From positions 32,001-96,000 of the forward strand of contig JBEKCB010000002.1 of the NCBI GenBank assembly GCA_050015075.1: 64,000 nt of DNA, written 5' to 3'. Position numbers and translations under genes: made by a program. Source of the DNA: Candidatus Brocadiia bacterium. Its GTDB lineage: Bacteria; Planctomycetota; Brocadiia; CAIUPP01. The notes beneath the pieces are model-generated. The model was given only the letters and a program-made list of their open reading frames with translations, had not been told where the DNA came from and made no database searches. Shown one piece after another: positions 45,711 through 55,695 of this stretch (the stretch's first letter is position 1; each line of letters starts with the position of its first letter).

Positions 45711-46178
45711 TCAAGGGAAAATGTCCAGTTCGTATCGCAGTTGCTCGCCGCGCATCCCGTCCTGGCCGACGGAGCGGAAGCCGGCCTTCTCGTACGCGCG
45801 GCGGGCGCGGCGGTTGTCGGCGCGGACGTGGGCGAGCAGGCGCACCATTCCCATCGCGCGCGCGCGGCGGGCCAGGTCCGCGAGCAAGTCCTGAACGATT
45901 CCCCGGCCGCGAAAGTCCGAATGCGAGGCGACGTTGAAAACCCAGCCGGAGTCGTCCTTCCTCAGGAGTTTCGCGTGCACGCCGATGCGGCCGCCCTCAA
46001 CGGCGACGAGCGTGATGCCCTGCCCTGCCTCCTGCAACGCCAGGTCTTCGCGGACTGCATCGAGGACATCCTCGGGCGGCAGGTCGGGAAAGCAGTTCTT
46101 CGCGAGATCGGCGGCGTCGTCTTGCTGGAGCGGGCGGATGATTATCGCCACGGGCGATTCCGGTCCATGTCGCGGCAT
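45711..46178 (-). CDS. GNAT-family N-acetyltransferase
   Basis: 'FRGRGI', 'N..ARRAYEKAGF'. Confidence 0.8.
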   Translation of the reverse strand: MPRHGPESPVAIIIRPLQQDDAADLAKNCFPDLPPEDVLDAVREDLALQEAGQGITLVAVEGGRIGVHAKLLRKDDSGWVFNVASHSDFRGRGIVQDLLADLARRARAMGMVRLLAHVRADNRRARRAYEKAGFRSVGQDGMRGEQLRYELDIFP

Positions 46179-46187
46179 ACTTGATTC

Positions 46188-46276
46188 AATCGTCCTCGTC
46201 CGCGTCCTCGTCGGCGTCCTCGAAGTGCCGTTCGTTACGGCCGAGGACGAGGACGACGACGAGGACGAGTACGATT
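46188..46276. repeat. Inverted tandem-repeat element, 6-bp period (CGTCCT family), copy 3
   Basis: Arms 46188-46223 / 46242-46276. Confidence 0.85.
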
Positions 46277-46304
46277 AGCCCGCAGCGGGCATCGGACCCA
46301 ATCC

Positions 46305-47420
46305 CTATTTCTTCGGCGCGCCCTGCTCGATCAGATTCCGCAGCACGTCGAGGCCGCGCGCGATTGTCTGGTCGGAGGCGGCGTACGAGATGCGGACGTG
46401 CGTCGCCTTCTCGGAGAAGACGGAACCGGGGATGATGAGCAGCTCATGACGGATGGCCTCGGCGACGAACTCGTGGTCGGAGCCCCATGGAACTTTCGGG
46501 AAGATGTAGAACGCGCCGCCGGGCTGCTGGACCTCGTACCCGGCGCGGCGGAGCCCGTCGTAGATCGCGTCGCGTTTGAGGCGATAGGCGTCGCGATAGC
46601 CGCGCGTGTCGGTCTCGAACGCCTTCAGCGCGGCGAACTGGGCGAACGACGGGGCGCAGACGAACGAGAACTGCTGGAGCTTGGTCATCTCCTGGACGAT
46701 TTCCTTCGGGCCGGCGGCGTATCCGACGCGCCAGCCGGTCATCGCGTGCGACTTGGAGAATCCGCCCAGCATGAGCGTGTTCGGATAGAGCGCTCCGACG
46801 CTCCGGACCGACTCGCCGTAGGTGAAGAGGTCGTAAATCTCGTCCGAGACGATCAGCGCGCCGCTCTTCCTGGCGAGCGCGGCGATCCGGGCCAGTTCCT
46901 CCTGCGGGATCACCGCGCCGGTGGGGTTCGCGGGCGAGTTGAGCAGGATCAGCCGGGTCTTGCGCGTCAGGTGCGGCTTGAGCCGCTCGGCGGTGACCGC
47001 AAAATCCGGATACGTGTCCACGAACACCGGCTTGCCGCCGCAGAGGTTGACGAGGTGCTTGTACATGACGAAGTACGGATCGGGGATGATGACTTCGTCG
47101 CCGGGGTTGACCGTCACGAGGAAGGCCAGCATCAGCGCGCCGGAGACGCCCGAGGTGATCAGCAGCGCTTCGGGGTCGAGGCCCTTCTCGGCGGCCAGCC
47201 ACTTCCGCAGGCCCTCGTGAAGCTCCGGGATGCCCTGCGTGACGGTGTAGCGGTTGCGCCCCTTCCGGATGGCTTCGATCGCGGCATCCTTGACCGGGCC
47301 GGGCACGTCGAAGTCGGGCTGGCCGATCGAGAGGTTGATCGGGTCCTTCATGCTCGCGGCGAGATCGAAGACTTTGCGGATTCCGGACGAGTCCAGCAGG
47401 GCCATGCGATCGGCGATCAT
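46305..47420 (-). CDS. Class I/II PLP-dependent aminotransferase
   Basis: 'NLSIGQPDF', 'NSPANPTG', 'SDEIY', 'GFSKSHAMTGWRVGY'. Confidence 0.92.
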   Translation of the reverse strand: MIADRMALLDSSGIRKVFDLAASMKDPINLSIGQPDFDVPGPVKDAAIEAIRKGRNRYTVTQGIPELHEGLRKWLAAEKGLDPEALLITSGVSGALMLAFLVTVNPGDEVIIPDPYFVMYKHLVNLCGGKPVFVDTYPDFAVTAERLKPHLTRKTRLILLNSPANPTGAVIPQEELARIAALARKSGALIVSDEIYDLFTYGESVRSVGALYPNTLMLGGFSKSHAMTGWRVGYAAGPKEIVQEMTKLQQFSFVCAPSFAQFAALKAFETDTRGYRDAYRLKRDAIYDGLRRAGYEVQQPGGAFYIFPKVPWGSDHEFVAEAIRHELLIIPGSVFSEKATHVRISYAASDQTIARGLDVLRNLIEQGAPKK

Positions 47421-47445
47421 CCGATATCCTCCGCTGACGCCCGTT

Positions 47446-47481
47446 GAAAAAGCAGGGAGGCAGCCGTCGTTGCCTCCCTGC
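47446..47481 (-). terminator. Rho-independent terminator of the small basic protein gene
   Basis: gcagggaggca...tgcctccctgc stem followed by TTTTT on the minus strand. Confidence 0.75.
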
Positions 47482-47505
47482 GCGCGCATCCGAATTGTGT
47501 TGAGG

Positions 47506-47889
47506 CTACTTCTTCGCGCCCTTTTCCGGAGCGGCCTTGCCGGCGCCTTTGGCAGCCGGAGCGGCAGCCGGAGCAGCCTTGCCGGCGGCGCCTTTGGCGG
47601 CCGGTGCGCCCGCCGGAGCGGCCTTGCCAGCGGCGCCCTTGGCGCCGGGTGCGCCCGCCGGAGCGGCAGCCGGAGCGCCGGCGGCAACCGGGGCGGCCTC
47701 GCCAGCTTCAACCTTGGCGGCCTTGCGGCGCTTCACGCGGCGCACCTTGACCTTGGGCAGGCCGAAGACGGAATCGCCGTCGCGCCATTTTCCGGCTTCC
47801 TTCAACTCGTCGAGCCGCTCGGCGCGGGTCAGCACGCTCCGCGCGCGGAGCAGCGTGCTCTTCACTTTCAGGCTCCTGTCCACAGTCAT
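47506..47889 (-). CDS. PVC-superphylum small basic (signature) protein with an Ala/Lys/Pro repeat tail
   Basis: 'MTVDRSLK...RSVLTRAERL..LK..GKW..GDSVFGLPKVK' matches the PVC small basic protein pattern. Confidence 0.85.
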   Translation of the reverse strand: MTVDRSLKVKSTLLRARSVLTRAERLDELKEAGKWRDGDSVFGLPKVKVRRVKRRKAAKVEAGEAAPVAAGAPAAAPAGAPGAKGAAGKAAPAGAPAAKGAAGKAAPAAAPAAKGAGKAAPEKGAKK

Positions 47890-47903
47890 CGCTCGACACT
47901 CCC

Positions 47904-48551
47904 TTACTTTATGACCTTTTCCCAACTGCACAGAAAACGCTGATTCCGATACGTCAGGGGGCTGACTTTCTTCTTGAACGCCTCGGCATCCTTCGACTGG
48001 TAATTCGGGAAGCGGCCGATGTTCACGCTCCACGACGACGCGCTCAACGGCAGCGGAAAGGCGTCGTATCCCATCGCGCACAGATCAGCCGTAATCCGCT
48101 CCGCGTTCTGCCGGTCAATGCTCGAGGTCATCAGGCGCAGCGTATAGTACGGCAGCGCCGGCGCGTTCGACGCCGGGATGGCCAGCGCCGGCGTTTTCGC
48201 CGTGTCGGGCGGCTGGATCGAATCGCTGCTCGCCACGCTCGCCATGCTGGCCGCGCTCGCCGGGCCCGAACGGCCGAGAGAGTGGCCCCAGACAAACGCG
48301 CCGGCCAGCGCCAGCACCACCGCGACCGCCATGACTACCAGCAACTCGCGGCTGAGGGTCAGCACGACCTTGTTCGAGGGCGCGGCCGTCTCGCGGCCGG
48401 ACAACGGTTTCACGCCGGCCGGAACAGCCGCCGCAGGCGCATCCGCGGATGCGGCCTCCGGGTTCTTCCGCCACCACGTCGTCGGCTCCTTCTGCTCCGG
48501 CACGCGCCGGAAGACCTCGAAAAACTCGCGTCGGCGCCTCTTCATATTCAT
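47904..48551 (-). CDS. Membrane-anchored SPOR-like domain protein
   Basis: One TM helix, a low-complexity linker, and a C-terminal 'YTLRL...NAE....L...GY.A.......V.IGRF' domain. Confidence 0.6.
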   Translation of the reverse strand: MNMKRRRREFFEVFRRVPEQKEPTTWWRKNPEAASADAPAAAVPAGVKPLSGRETAAPSNKVVLTLSRELLVVMAVAVVLALAGAFVWGHSLGRSGPASAASMASVASSDSIQPPDTAKTPALAIPASNAPALPYYTLRLMTSSIDRQNAERITADLCAMGYDAFPLPLSASSWSVNIGRFPNYQSKDAEAFKKKVSPLTYRNQRFLCSWEKVIK

Positions 48552-48728
48552 CGCCTCCGTCGGATGCGTCGGACGGTGGAATTGGGATCATCCAGATGAG
48601 AACTTTGCACAAATTACCAGAAACGCCTGCGCCAGTCAAAAGGAATGCCGCTTGCAGTTGAGCGGGCATGCGGGTATTCTGTTAGCCGCCGGTCGTTCAG
48701 TCGAAAAGAATCCAGAGGCTCAGCGCAG

Positions 48729-49898
48729 ATGGCATCTCCGGCAAGCGTGCTGTACGTCAACCACGTCTCGCAGATCTCCAGCGGCGAGGAGAGCCTGCTC
48801 GACCTCATGACGCGGCTGGATCGCAACCGGTTCGTGCCGGTCCTCGCCTGTCCGCCGGGCGATTTGGCGGCGCGCGCAGAGGCGGCCGGAATTCGGACCG
48901 AACTGCTGCCGATGCCGCGCTTCCATCGCACCCGCAACCCGCTCAAGGTGAGCACCTACGCGCTCTCGTGGGTGGTGGGCGCCAACCAGCTTCGCCGGGT
49001 CATCCGCGATGTCGCCCCGAAGATCGTTCACGCGAACAGCGCCACGGCGCAGCTCTTCACCGGGGCGATGGCGCAGAAGGCGGGAATCCCCTGCGCGTGG
49101 CACTCGCGCGACTTGCGCCGGCTGCCGTTCCCGGCCGCCACGCTCTGCCGGCACGCGGACCGCGTCATCGCCGTCTCCGAGGCGGTGGCGGAATTCCTCG
49201 CCGCGTCGGGCCTGTCGCGGCCGAAGGTGACGCGCATCTACGGCGGCATTGACCCGGCCGTCTGGCGCGCTCGCGTGACGGGCAAGGACGTGCGAGCCGA
49301 GCTTGGCCTCGCGGCCGGCGACCGCATTCTGCTGATGGCCGCGCAACTCTTCCCGTGGCACCGCCACGAGGACGCGATCCGCGCGATGAGTTTCATCCTG
49401 CCGAAGGAGCCTTCCGCGCGGCTGGTGCTCGCCGGATCGGACCCGTTCGGCGAGCACGGCGAAATGGCCGCGAACCTCGAACGGCTCGCCGACGAGGCCG
49501 GCGTCCGCAAGAACGTGATCTTCATCGGACACCGCGACGACATTCCCGACCTGATGAACGCGGCGGACCTGCTCCTGATCCCCTCCGACGCGGAGCCGTT
49601 CGGGCGCGCCGCGCTCGAGGCCATGGCGCTGGGCAAGCCGGTGGTCGGGACGCGCGCCGGCGGCCTGCCCGAAGTGGTGCGCGACGGCGAGACCGGGCTG
49701 CTGGTGGTGCCGCGTTTTCCGGAGAGCCTGGCCGAGACATGCACGCGCGTGCTGCAGAACCGCCACCTGGCGAACTCCCTCGGCGAGGCCGGCCGCGCGC
49801 GCGTCGAGAACGCGTTCCACGTGGACCGCACCGTCCAGGAGACGATGGCGCTCTACGACGCCATGCTTCACCCGCCGCTCAAGTGGATCCATTCGTAA
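48729..49898 (+). CDS. GT4-family glycosyltransferase
   Basis: 'SSGEESL', 'HAN', 'EPFGRAALEAMALGKPVV..RAGGLPEVVRDGETG'. Confidence 0.9.
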   Translation: MASPASVLYVNHVSQISSGEESLLDLMTRLDRNRFVPVLACPPGDLAARAEAAGIRTELLPMPRFHRTRNPLKVSTYALSWVVGANQLRRVIRDVAPKIVHANSATAQLFTGAMAQKAGIPCAWHSRDLRRLPFPAATLCRHADRVIAVSEAVAEFLAASGLSRPKVTRIYGGIDPAVWRARVTGKDVRAELGLAAGDRILLMAAQLFPWHRHEDAIRAMSFILPKEPSARLVLAGSDPFGEHGEMAANLERLADEAGVRKNVIFIGHRDDIPDLMNAADLLLIPSDAEPFGRAALEAMALGKPVVGTRAGGLPEVVRDGETGLLVVPRFPESLAETCTRVLQNRHLANSLGEAGRARVENAFHVDRTVQETMALYDAMLHPPLKWIHS

Positions 49899-49909
49899 AA
49901 GCGATTGGC

Positions 49910-49986
49910 GATATCTGATTTCTGATTGATCTCGGAGCGGGCGTTGCGCCGCGAAATCAGATATCAGAAATCAGTAATCAGAAATC
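49910..49986. repeat. Inverted tandem-repeat element, 7-bp period (GAAATCA family)
   Basis: gatatctgatttctgatt / gaaatcagatatcagaaatcagtaatcagaaatc, between convergent genes. Confidence 0.8.
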
Positions 49987-50002
49987 GGCCGTAGCTGTTC
50001 TC

Positions 50003-50566
50003 TCAACGTCGCACCTGAAGCCGCGCCATCCGGCCGCACTCGAAGCAGCCGGCGGCCAGCGCGCCGCTTGCGGACGCATGGTCGCTCTCCGCGCAGTGGA
50101 ACAGCGGCAGCACGCCGTCGTGCGCGGCGCGGGCGAGCAGGTCGGCGGCGGCGGACGGCGGCGATCCCGGCAACGGCTGAAGGATCGTTTTCGGCCCCGC
50201 CTTGAAACTGCTTCCCGGCGCGAAAACGCGGTCGTGAGAGACGACCGCCGGCGCGTCCAGCGCGCGAGACACGGCCGCCTGAAGCTCGCCCAGGTACGCC
50301 GGGCGCAGCAGGTAATCCGGCGCCGAGAATGCCTCCGCCCAGGCGCCCACGACCCGGTAGAGGAACCGGCTGGTCGAGACGACGCCGCGCCCTTCCGTCA
50401 CGAGTATCCACACCGGCGTCGTCATGCCGCCCCGCTCTTCCTCTCGCCGGACCGAGCGCACGACGAGCGTCTCGCCGGCATAGAGCCGCGCAACGTCCGT
50501 CTCGAACAGCTCGGAAAAAAACTTATGCGCCGTCCCGAATCGGCTCACGCCCGGACCTTCTCGCAT
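50003..50566 (-). CDS. Hypothetical protein, possibly a degenerate GNAT-like fold
   Basis: C-terminal 'PLFHCAESDHASASGALAAGC' resembles GNAT motif B; start uncertain. Confidence 0.45.
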   Translation of the reverse strand: MREGPGVSRFGTAHKFFSELFETDVARLYAGETLVVRSVRREEERGGMTTPVWILVTEGRGVVSTSRFLYRVVGAWAEAFSAPDYLLRPAYLGELQAAVSRALDAPAVVSHDRVFAPGSSFKAGPKTILQPLPGSPPSAAADLLARAAHDGVLPLFHCAESDHASASGALAAGCFECGRMARLQVRR

Positions 50567-50742
50567 AGAGCAGGCAAGCGACGAGATGAACAGGACACGT
50601 TGCCATGTGTAGCATTCGTCCTGCCATCCTGTCAAAGCCGCCGGCAATTTCGCCTTTCGGCTGTCCGTGCCCTATGATAATATGGTGCATCCTGACAAGC
50701 AGGCTTGCGACCCTTAGGAACTCCTCACGAGGCGGCTGAATC

Positions 50743-52911
50743 ATGTACGATCTCGCGGCGATTCAGGAGATTTACCTCTCGGCGCCGGAGGAGGCGGTTT
50801 TCCTCGAGCGCGCCAGGATATTGCAGGAGACGAAGTCGAAATTCGCGGGCGCGCCTCCCGGCGTTCGTCAGGGAAAGATCATCCAAGAACTCTGCGACCG
50901 CATTTCCGTGGTCGTAAGCCCTGCCGATGTGCTGCTGGGGAGAATCCTGGAGCAAGTGCCCGGCAGCGAGGATGAGAAGTTCGTCCAGGAGCATCCTGAA
51001 CTTTTCCTTGAGGCGGGCGCGCCCGGATGGCTGGATTCGGACTCGCTCTACATACCGGACTGGAACCACCTGCTGGAGAAAGGACTGCAAGGATTAGCGG
51101 CGGAAGTTGAGGCTCGCCGGCGCGCAGCGGACGGCCGGGCCGCAGACGCTCGGGAGCTGGAGGACATGCTGCAAGGAATCTCGCTCTCGCTGTCTGGAAT
51201 TTCGCGGCTTGCTATTCGCTACGCGGAGGAAGCGAGGCGGGTTGCGGGCGGGCAGGAAGACCCGGAGGCGCGGGCGCGGCTTTTGCGCGCGGCGGACTGC
51301 TGCTCGGCGATTGCCCGGCGTCCGCCGGAGAGTCTCCATGAAGCCTTACAGCTTTTCATCCTCTTTCACATGGTGCTTTCCTGCCTTGTCGGCGGCAGGG
51401 ATGTCACGCCGGGTCGAATGGACCAGTGCCTTCGCCGGTTCTACGAGAGCGACCTGGCCGGCGGGAAACTGACTCGCGACGAGGCCGTGGAGTTGCTCGC
51501 CGTGATGATGACCATGCTGCCCCAGATGGCCGGCCGCGAAACCACGGGGTTGCTCTGCACGAAACGCACGCCGAACAGGAACTCCCACTATTACATCACC
51601 GTGGGCGGGATTACGGCGGAGGGCGAAAGCGCGGTGAACGACCTCTCGGCCGCATTGCTCGCGGCGCGACGTCTGGTCAAGTTTCCGGAGCCTACCCTTT
51701 CCGTCCGCTACTGGGAAGGCATTGACCGTGGCTTCTGGACGCAGGCGGTCCGGGCCATGCGGGACAGCCTGCCGGTTTTCGCCTACAACGATGACGTGGT
51801 CATCGCAGCGCTGACTGACCACGGGACGGCCGAACGCGGCGCGCGGGATTACGCTCACTGCGCGTGCCTGAACTGTTTCATTCCGGGGGACGACCTTCCG
51901 CCGCTGCGCGAGAACTACAATGTGCCTCTGCTGGTCCTGTCGGCCATGAACCAGGGGCGGTCGCTGGAGACCGATGAGCAAATCGGCGCCGCCACGCCCG
52001 CGGCGCGCGAAATGATTGAATTCGATGACTTCTTCGCGGCGTTCCGGGCGCAACTGCGATTCGCGCTCGACCGGGTCAGCGCCCGACTGGCCCACGTGAC
52101 GGGCCCGGGCTATCCGCTTCCGGCCCGCTGCCTCTTCAAGGGCCAACTGGACGAGGCGCGCAGTTACCGCGACCGCCATGACTGGTACTCGGACCAGCAC
52201 ATGGTCGGCGTCGCCACCACCATAGATTCGCTCCTGGCGATCCGCCAGGTCGTTTACCGGGAGAAGCGGATTTCGCTGGAGGCGTTCCGGAAGATGCTGG
52301 CGAGCGATTTCGATGAGCAGGAAGCCTTCCGCCAATATCTCAGGCAGCGAGTCCCGTCCTACGGGAGCGATGACGCAGACGTGCTGGAGATGATCCGCCG
52401 GGTCGCGGAGGCATGGTGCGAGGAGGTCGAGCGGTCCGGCGCGGCGCATGGAATCCGGCTGCGCCCCTCGTTCTACTCCTGGCTGTACAACATCGAGATG
52501 GGGAAAAGCACGCCCGCCACGCCGGACGGCAGGCCGGCAGGCGAGCCGTTGAGTTCCGGCCAGACTCCTTCGCAAGGCAATGGGCGAGCGCCGACGGAGG
52601 TGCTCCGTTCGATGGCGCAGTTGGCGCACAGGCGCACCTGCTCCGGCGGCACCACGTTCCGCATCAACCCGTCGCACTTCAAGGGGGAACGCGGCGTGGA
52701 GAGGCTCCGGGCCTTGATCGAGACCTACTTCGCGCTGGGAGGATTGCACATCCAGTTCATTCCCGTTCAGAAGGAAACGCTGCTCGACGCGGTTCAGCAT
52801 CCGGAAAAACACCGGGACCTGATGATCCGCGTGACGGGTTTCAGCGCCCGCTTTGTCGAGCTGCCGCCTGACGCACAACAGGAAATCATCCAGCGAGCCG
52901 AGTATGCTTGA
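50743..52911 (+). CDS. Glycyl-radical enzyme (PFL2-like, unknown substrate)
   Basis: 'PGRMDQ', 'ATPDGRPAGEPLS', C-terminal glycyl loop 'DLMIRVTGFSARF', Cys loop 'YAHCACLNC'. Confidence 0.88.
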   Translation: MYDLAAIQEIYLSAPEEAVFLERARILQETKSKFAGAPPGVRQGKIIQELCDRISVVVSPADVLLGRILEQVPGSEDEKFVQEHPELFLEAGAPGWLDSDSLYIPDWNHLLEKGLQGLAAEVEARRRAADGRAADARELEDMLQGISLSLSGISRLAIRYAEEARRVAGGQEDPEARARLLRAADCCSAIARRPPESLHEALQLFILFHMVLSCLVGGRDVTPGRMDQCLRRFYESDLAGGKLTRDEAVELLAVMMTMLPQMAGRETTGLLCTKRTPNRNSHYYITVGGITAEGESAVNDLSAALLAARRLVKFPEPTLSVRYWEGIDRGFWTQAVRAMRDSLPVFAYNDDVVIAALTDHGTAERGARDYAHCACLNCFIPGDDLPPLRENYNVPLLVLSAMNQGRSLETDEQIGAATPAAREMIEFDDFFAAFRAQLRFALDRVSARLAHVTGPGYPLPARCLFKGQLDEARSYRDRHDWYSDQHMVGVATTIDSLLAIRQVVYREKRISLEAFRKMLASDFDEQEAFRQYLRQRVPSYGSDDADVLEMIRRVAEAWCEEVERSGAAHGIRLRPSFYSWLYNIEMGKSTPATPDGRPAGEPLSSGQTPSQGNGRAPTEVLRSMAQLAHRRTCSGGTTFRINPSHFKGERGVERLRALIETYFALGGLHIQFIPVQKETLLDAVQHPEKHRDLMIRVTGFSARFVELPPDAQQEIIQRAEYA

Positions 52912-53857
52912 CACGGGCGCGCGTCAAACGATGAATTCCCCGAAGGGGCTGATCTTCGACATCAAACGCTTCGCAATCCATGACGGCCCGGGCATCAGGA
53001 CGGCGTTTTTCCTCAAGGGCTGTCCGCTGGGATGTCTCTGGTGTCACAATCCCGAAGGGATCGCGCCCGAGCCGGAGATACTCTACGACTCCCGGTTCTG
53101 CATCCGCTGCGGCGCCTGCGTGAACGAGTGCACCCAGGGCGCGCATTCCGTCTCCGCCGGCGGCCACGTGTATGACCGCCGGCTGTGCCGGGCTTGCGGA
53201 TCTTGCGCGAGGCGGTGTCCCTCTCAAGCGTTGCACCAGGTCGGGCGTGAGATGGCTGCGGCGGAGCTGATCGAAATTGCGCTGCGGGACAGGCCATTCT
53301 ACCAAAGGTCCGGCGGCGGTATCACTCTGTCCGGCGGCGAACCGATGATGCAGACCTCCTTTGTCCTGGAGGTCCTTACGGCCGCCAGGGCCGAGCGGCT
53401 GCACACCTGCGTAGACACGTCCGGTTTTGCGCCCTGGCCGGATTTTGCCCGAGTGCTCCGTTACGTGGATCTCTTCCTTTATGACTTGAAGGATACGGAC
53501 GCGCGGCGGCACCGAGCCAACACAGGCGTGGATTCGGCTCTCATCCTGGACAACCTGCGGCGCCTGGACCGGGCCGGCGCGAATCTGACTCTGCGCTGTC
53601 CGATCATCCCGGGCGTCAACGACAACGAGGAGCACTTCCGCGAGCTTACCCGGTTGTGGCAGTCGCTTGCGACCGCCCCGGTCATGGAAATACTGCCGCA
53701 CCACAGGATGGGCGAGGCGAAACGGGAGAGAATCGCGAAACCCTCAGCCAACGAGCCGTTTCCACAGGCGGATCCCCAATCCGCCCAAGGATGGGCCGAC
53801 AGGCTGAGAGCGCTCGGCGTGAACCGCGTTGAACTGAACTTAACGCACCTTCAGTAG
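52904..53857 (+). CDS. Glycyl-radical enzyme activating protein (radical SAM with a ferredoxin insert)
   Basis: 'HDGPGIRT..FLKGCPLGCLWCHNPEG', two CxxCxxCxxxC motifs, 'GGITLSGGEP'. Confidence 0.92.
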   Translation: MLDTGARQTMNSPKGLIFDIKRFAIHDGPGIRTAFFLKGCPLGCLWCHNPEGIAPEPEILYDSRFCIRCGACVNECTQGAHSVSAGGHVYDRRLCRACGSCARRCPSQALHQVGREMAAAELIEIALRDRPFYQRSGGGITLSGGEPMMQTSFVLEVLTAARAERLHTCVDTSGFAPWPDFARVLRYVDLFLYDLKDTDARRHRANTGVDSALILDNLRRLDRAGANLTLRCPIIPGVNDNEEHFRELTRLWQSLATAPVMEILPHHRMGEAKRERIAKPSANEPFPQADPQSAQGWADRLRALGVNRVELNLTHLQ

Positions 53858-53896
53858 TCCCGCGTAAATGAAAATCACGGCGACGCGGCCAGCCCG

Positions 53897-55153
53897 CTAC
53901 AGCTTCGACCGGATTCGGTCGTCCATCGCCTGCTGGTCGGTGGTGAAGGAGCATAAGCCCGAGACGGTCATGAGCGCGTCGAGTCCGATTTCGCCGCGCG
54001 CGAGGCGGTCTTTCCAGCGGGCGTATTGCGGGACTTTTCCGTCGGCGGTCACTCCCTGAATATCCGCCGGCGACCATGCGGGCAGCACGTCGGCGAACCC
54101 GCGCTCGGCCAGGAACTCGCACAGCGCGCTCGCGGACCAGCGCGAGAGGTCCCGCTCGAGCAGGTCGCGGACGGCCTTCCTGAAGTCCGGCGGCACTTCC
54201 CACAGCGCCGCGATGCCGAGCGCCTTCGCATCCACCGACGGCGCCAGCTCGACTTCGGGGTCCTGGTCCACGGTCGGCGACAAGCCGGCGGGCGCGGGGT
54301 TGAGCCGTTCGAACTGCTGCGCCACTTTCGGCGGCATCGTCAGCACGTCCACCCCGGCGAGCGCGGCGACCTGCGCGCCGTCGCGCAGGCTGGCGGCGAT
54401 CTGCCGGGTGGCGATGCCCGGTCCGGCGCGCAATTCGCGGACGGCCCGCTGACTGGCGAGGGTGGCTTTTTCGCCGACGGCCTTTCCGCTGCCGAGCCGC
54501 TGGTCCGCGACGAAGGCGTTGAGCCGGCCGAGGAACACGTTGACGAACGCCGGCCGCGCCAGCGACGTGATCAGCCAGTTCTGCCGGGCGCTGAAGCCCA
54601 GGGTGAAGTTCACCGGCACGCCCTGCTCTCCGAGCCGCCGCGCCGCCAGAATGCCGGCCGGCGTCAGCGGGACCTTGACGTAGAACGATTCCGGCGAGAT
54701 CTCGCGATAGCGCAGGCCGTACCGAACGGTGCGGTCGGCGTCGTGCGCGAGCGCGGTGTGCATCTCGACGCTGACCTTCGCGCCGAAACGGCGGCTGAGC
54801 CGAAGCCCGTGCCGCGCGTTCAGCACGAATGCGATCTCCACCACCCGGTCTTCCTCCGGCACCTGGCCCTTCAGTTCGCCGGCGACCTGCCCGATGAGGT
54901 CATCGTAGATGCCTTTCTGCACCTCCCGGTTGAGGAGCGTGTTGTTGGTCGTCAGCGCCGTGAATTCCCGCCGCCACATCAGCGAGATTTCGTCCATGTC
55001 GCCGGTGTCGAGCCACAGGCTGCTTCCGCAGCGCTTCATCGCCGCCCACAAGGGGCTGGTGGCAACCTGCGGCGGAAGGAACGGCTCCGCGGGCTGGCTC
55101 AACACGATTTTGCGGACCTTCTCGGCAACCGCTGTGGATGTACTGTCCTTCAT
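53897..55153 (-). CDS. Transaldolase-family protein (long variant)
   Basis: 'LWLDTG', 'TTNNTLL', Schiff-base 'VKVPLT', 'VNFTLGFS..Q', 'FLGRL', 'AASLR'. Confidence 0.8.
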   Translation of the reverse strand: MKDSTSTAVAEKVRKIVLSQPAEPFLPPQVATSPLWAAMKRCGSSLWLDTGDMDEISLMWRREFTALTTNNTLLNREVQKGIYDDLIGQVAGELKGQVPEEDRVVEIAFVLNARHGLRLSRRFGAKVSVEMHTALAHDADRTVRYGLRYREISPESFYVKVPLTPAGILAARRLGEQGVPVNFTLGFSARQNWLITSLARPAFVNVFLGRLNAFVADQRLGSGKAVGEKATLASQRAVRELRAGPGIATRQIAASLRDGAQVAALAGVDVLTMPPKVAQQFERLNPAPAGLSPTVDQDPEVELAPSVDAKALGIAALWEVPPDFRKAVRDLLERDLSRWSASALCEFLAERGFADVLPAWSPADIQGVTADGKVPQYARWKDRLARGEIGLDALMTVSGLCSFTTDQQAMDDRIRSKL

Positions 55154-55281
55154 CTCTTTGCCCCTCCGAAAGCGCCCCAATCGTCACTCGCACCCTGTCC
55201 GGATTTTAGCGCACCGCGCCAAGAAGAGCAAAACGGCTGCGGAAAATATCGAGGACGGAAACGGTATTCAGCGCGCGTCGC

Positions 55282-55695
55282 TCATTCGCCCATGACCTTG
55301 ATGACAACCCGTTTCCGCCTCTGCCCATCGAACTCTGCGTAAAACACCTGTTGCCATGGACCGAGGTCGAGTTTGCCATCGGTGATGGGCAGGACGACCT
55401 GGTGATGGACCAGCAGGCTCTTCAGGTGGCTGTCGCCGTTCGTCTCGCCGGTGTGGTGATGGCGGTAATCTTCGCGGTAAGGCGCCAGCCGTTCGGCCCA
55501 TTCGTCAATGTCGTGCAGGATGCCGCGTTCGTCGTCGTTGACGAAGACGCCGGCGGTGATGTGCATCGCCGAGACGAGGACCATGCCCTCCTTCACGCCG
55601 CTCTTCTGCACGCTCTCGGCGACCTGGTCGGTGATCCGCACGTACTCGCGGTGTTTCGCCGTGTTGAACCAGAGGTAATCGGTTCTCGATTTCAT
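55282..55695 (-). CDS. yjbQ: YjbQ (UPF0047) secondary thiamine-phosphate synthase family protein
   Basis: 'HITA...N', '[14 protein letters not shown]', 'LDLGPWQ..FYAEFDG.R'; ATG 55695 follows GGAGG. Confidence 0.9.
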   Translation of the reverse strand: MKSRTDYLWFNTAKHREYVRITDQVAESVQKSGVKEGMVLVSAMHITAGVFVNDDERGILHDIDEWAERLAPYREDYRHHHTGETNGDSHLKSLLVHHQVVLPITDGKLDLGPWQQVFYAEFDGQRRKRVVIKVMGE

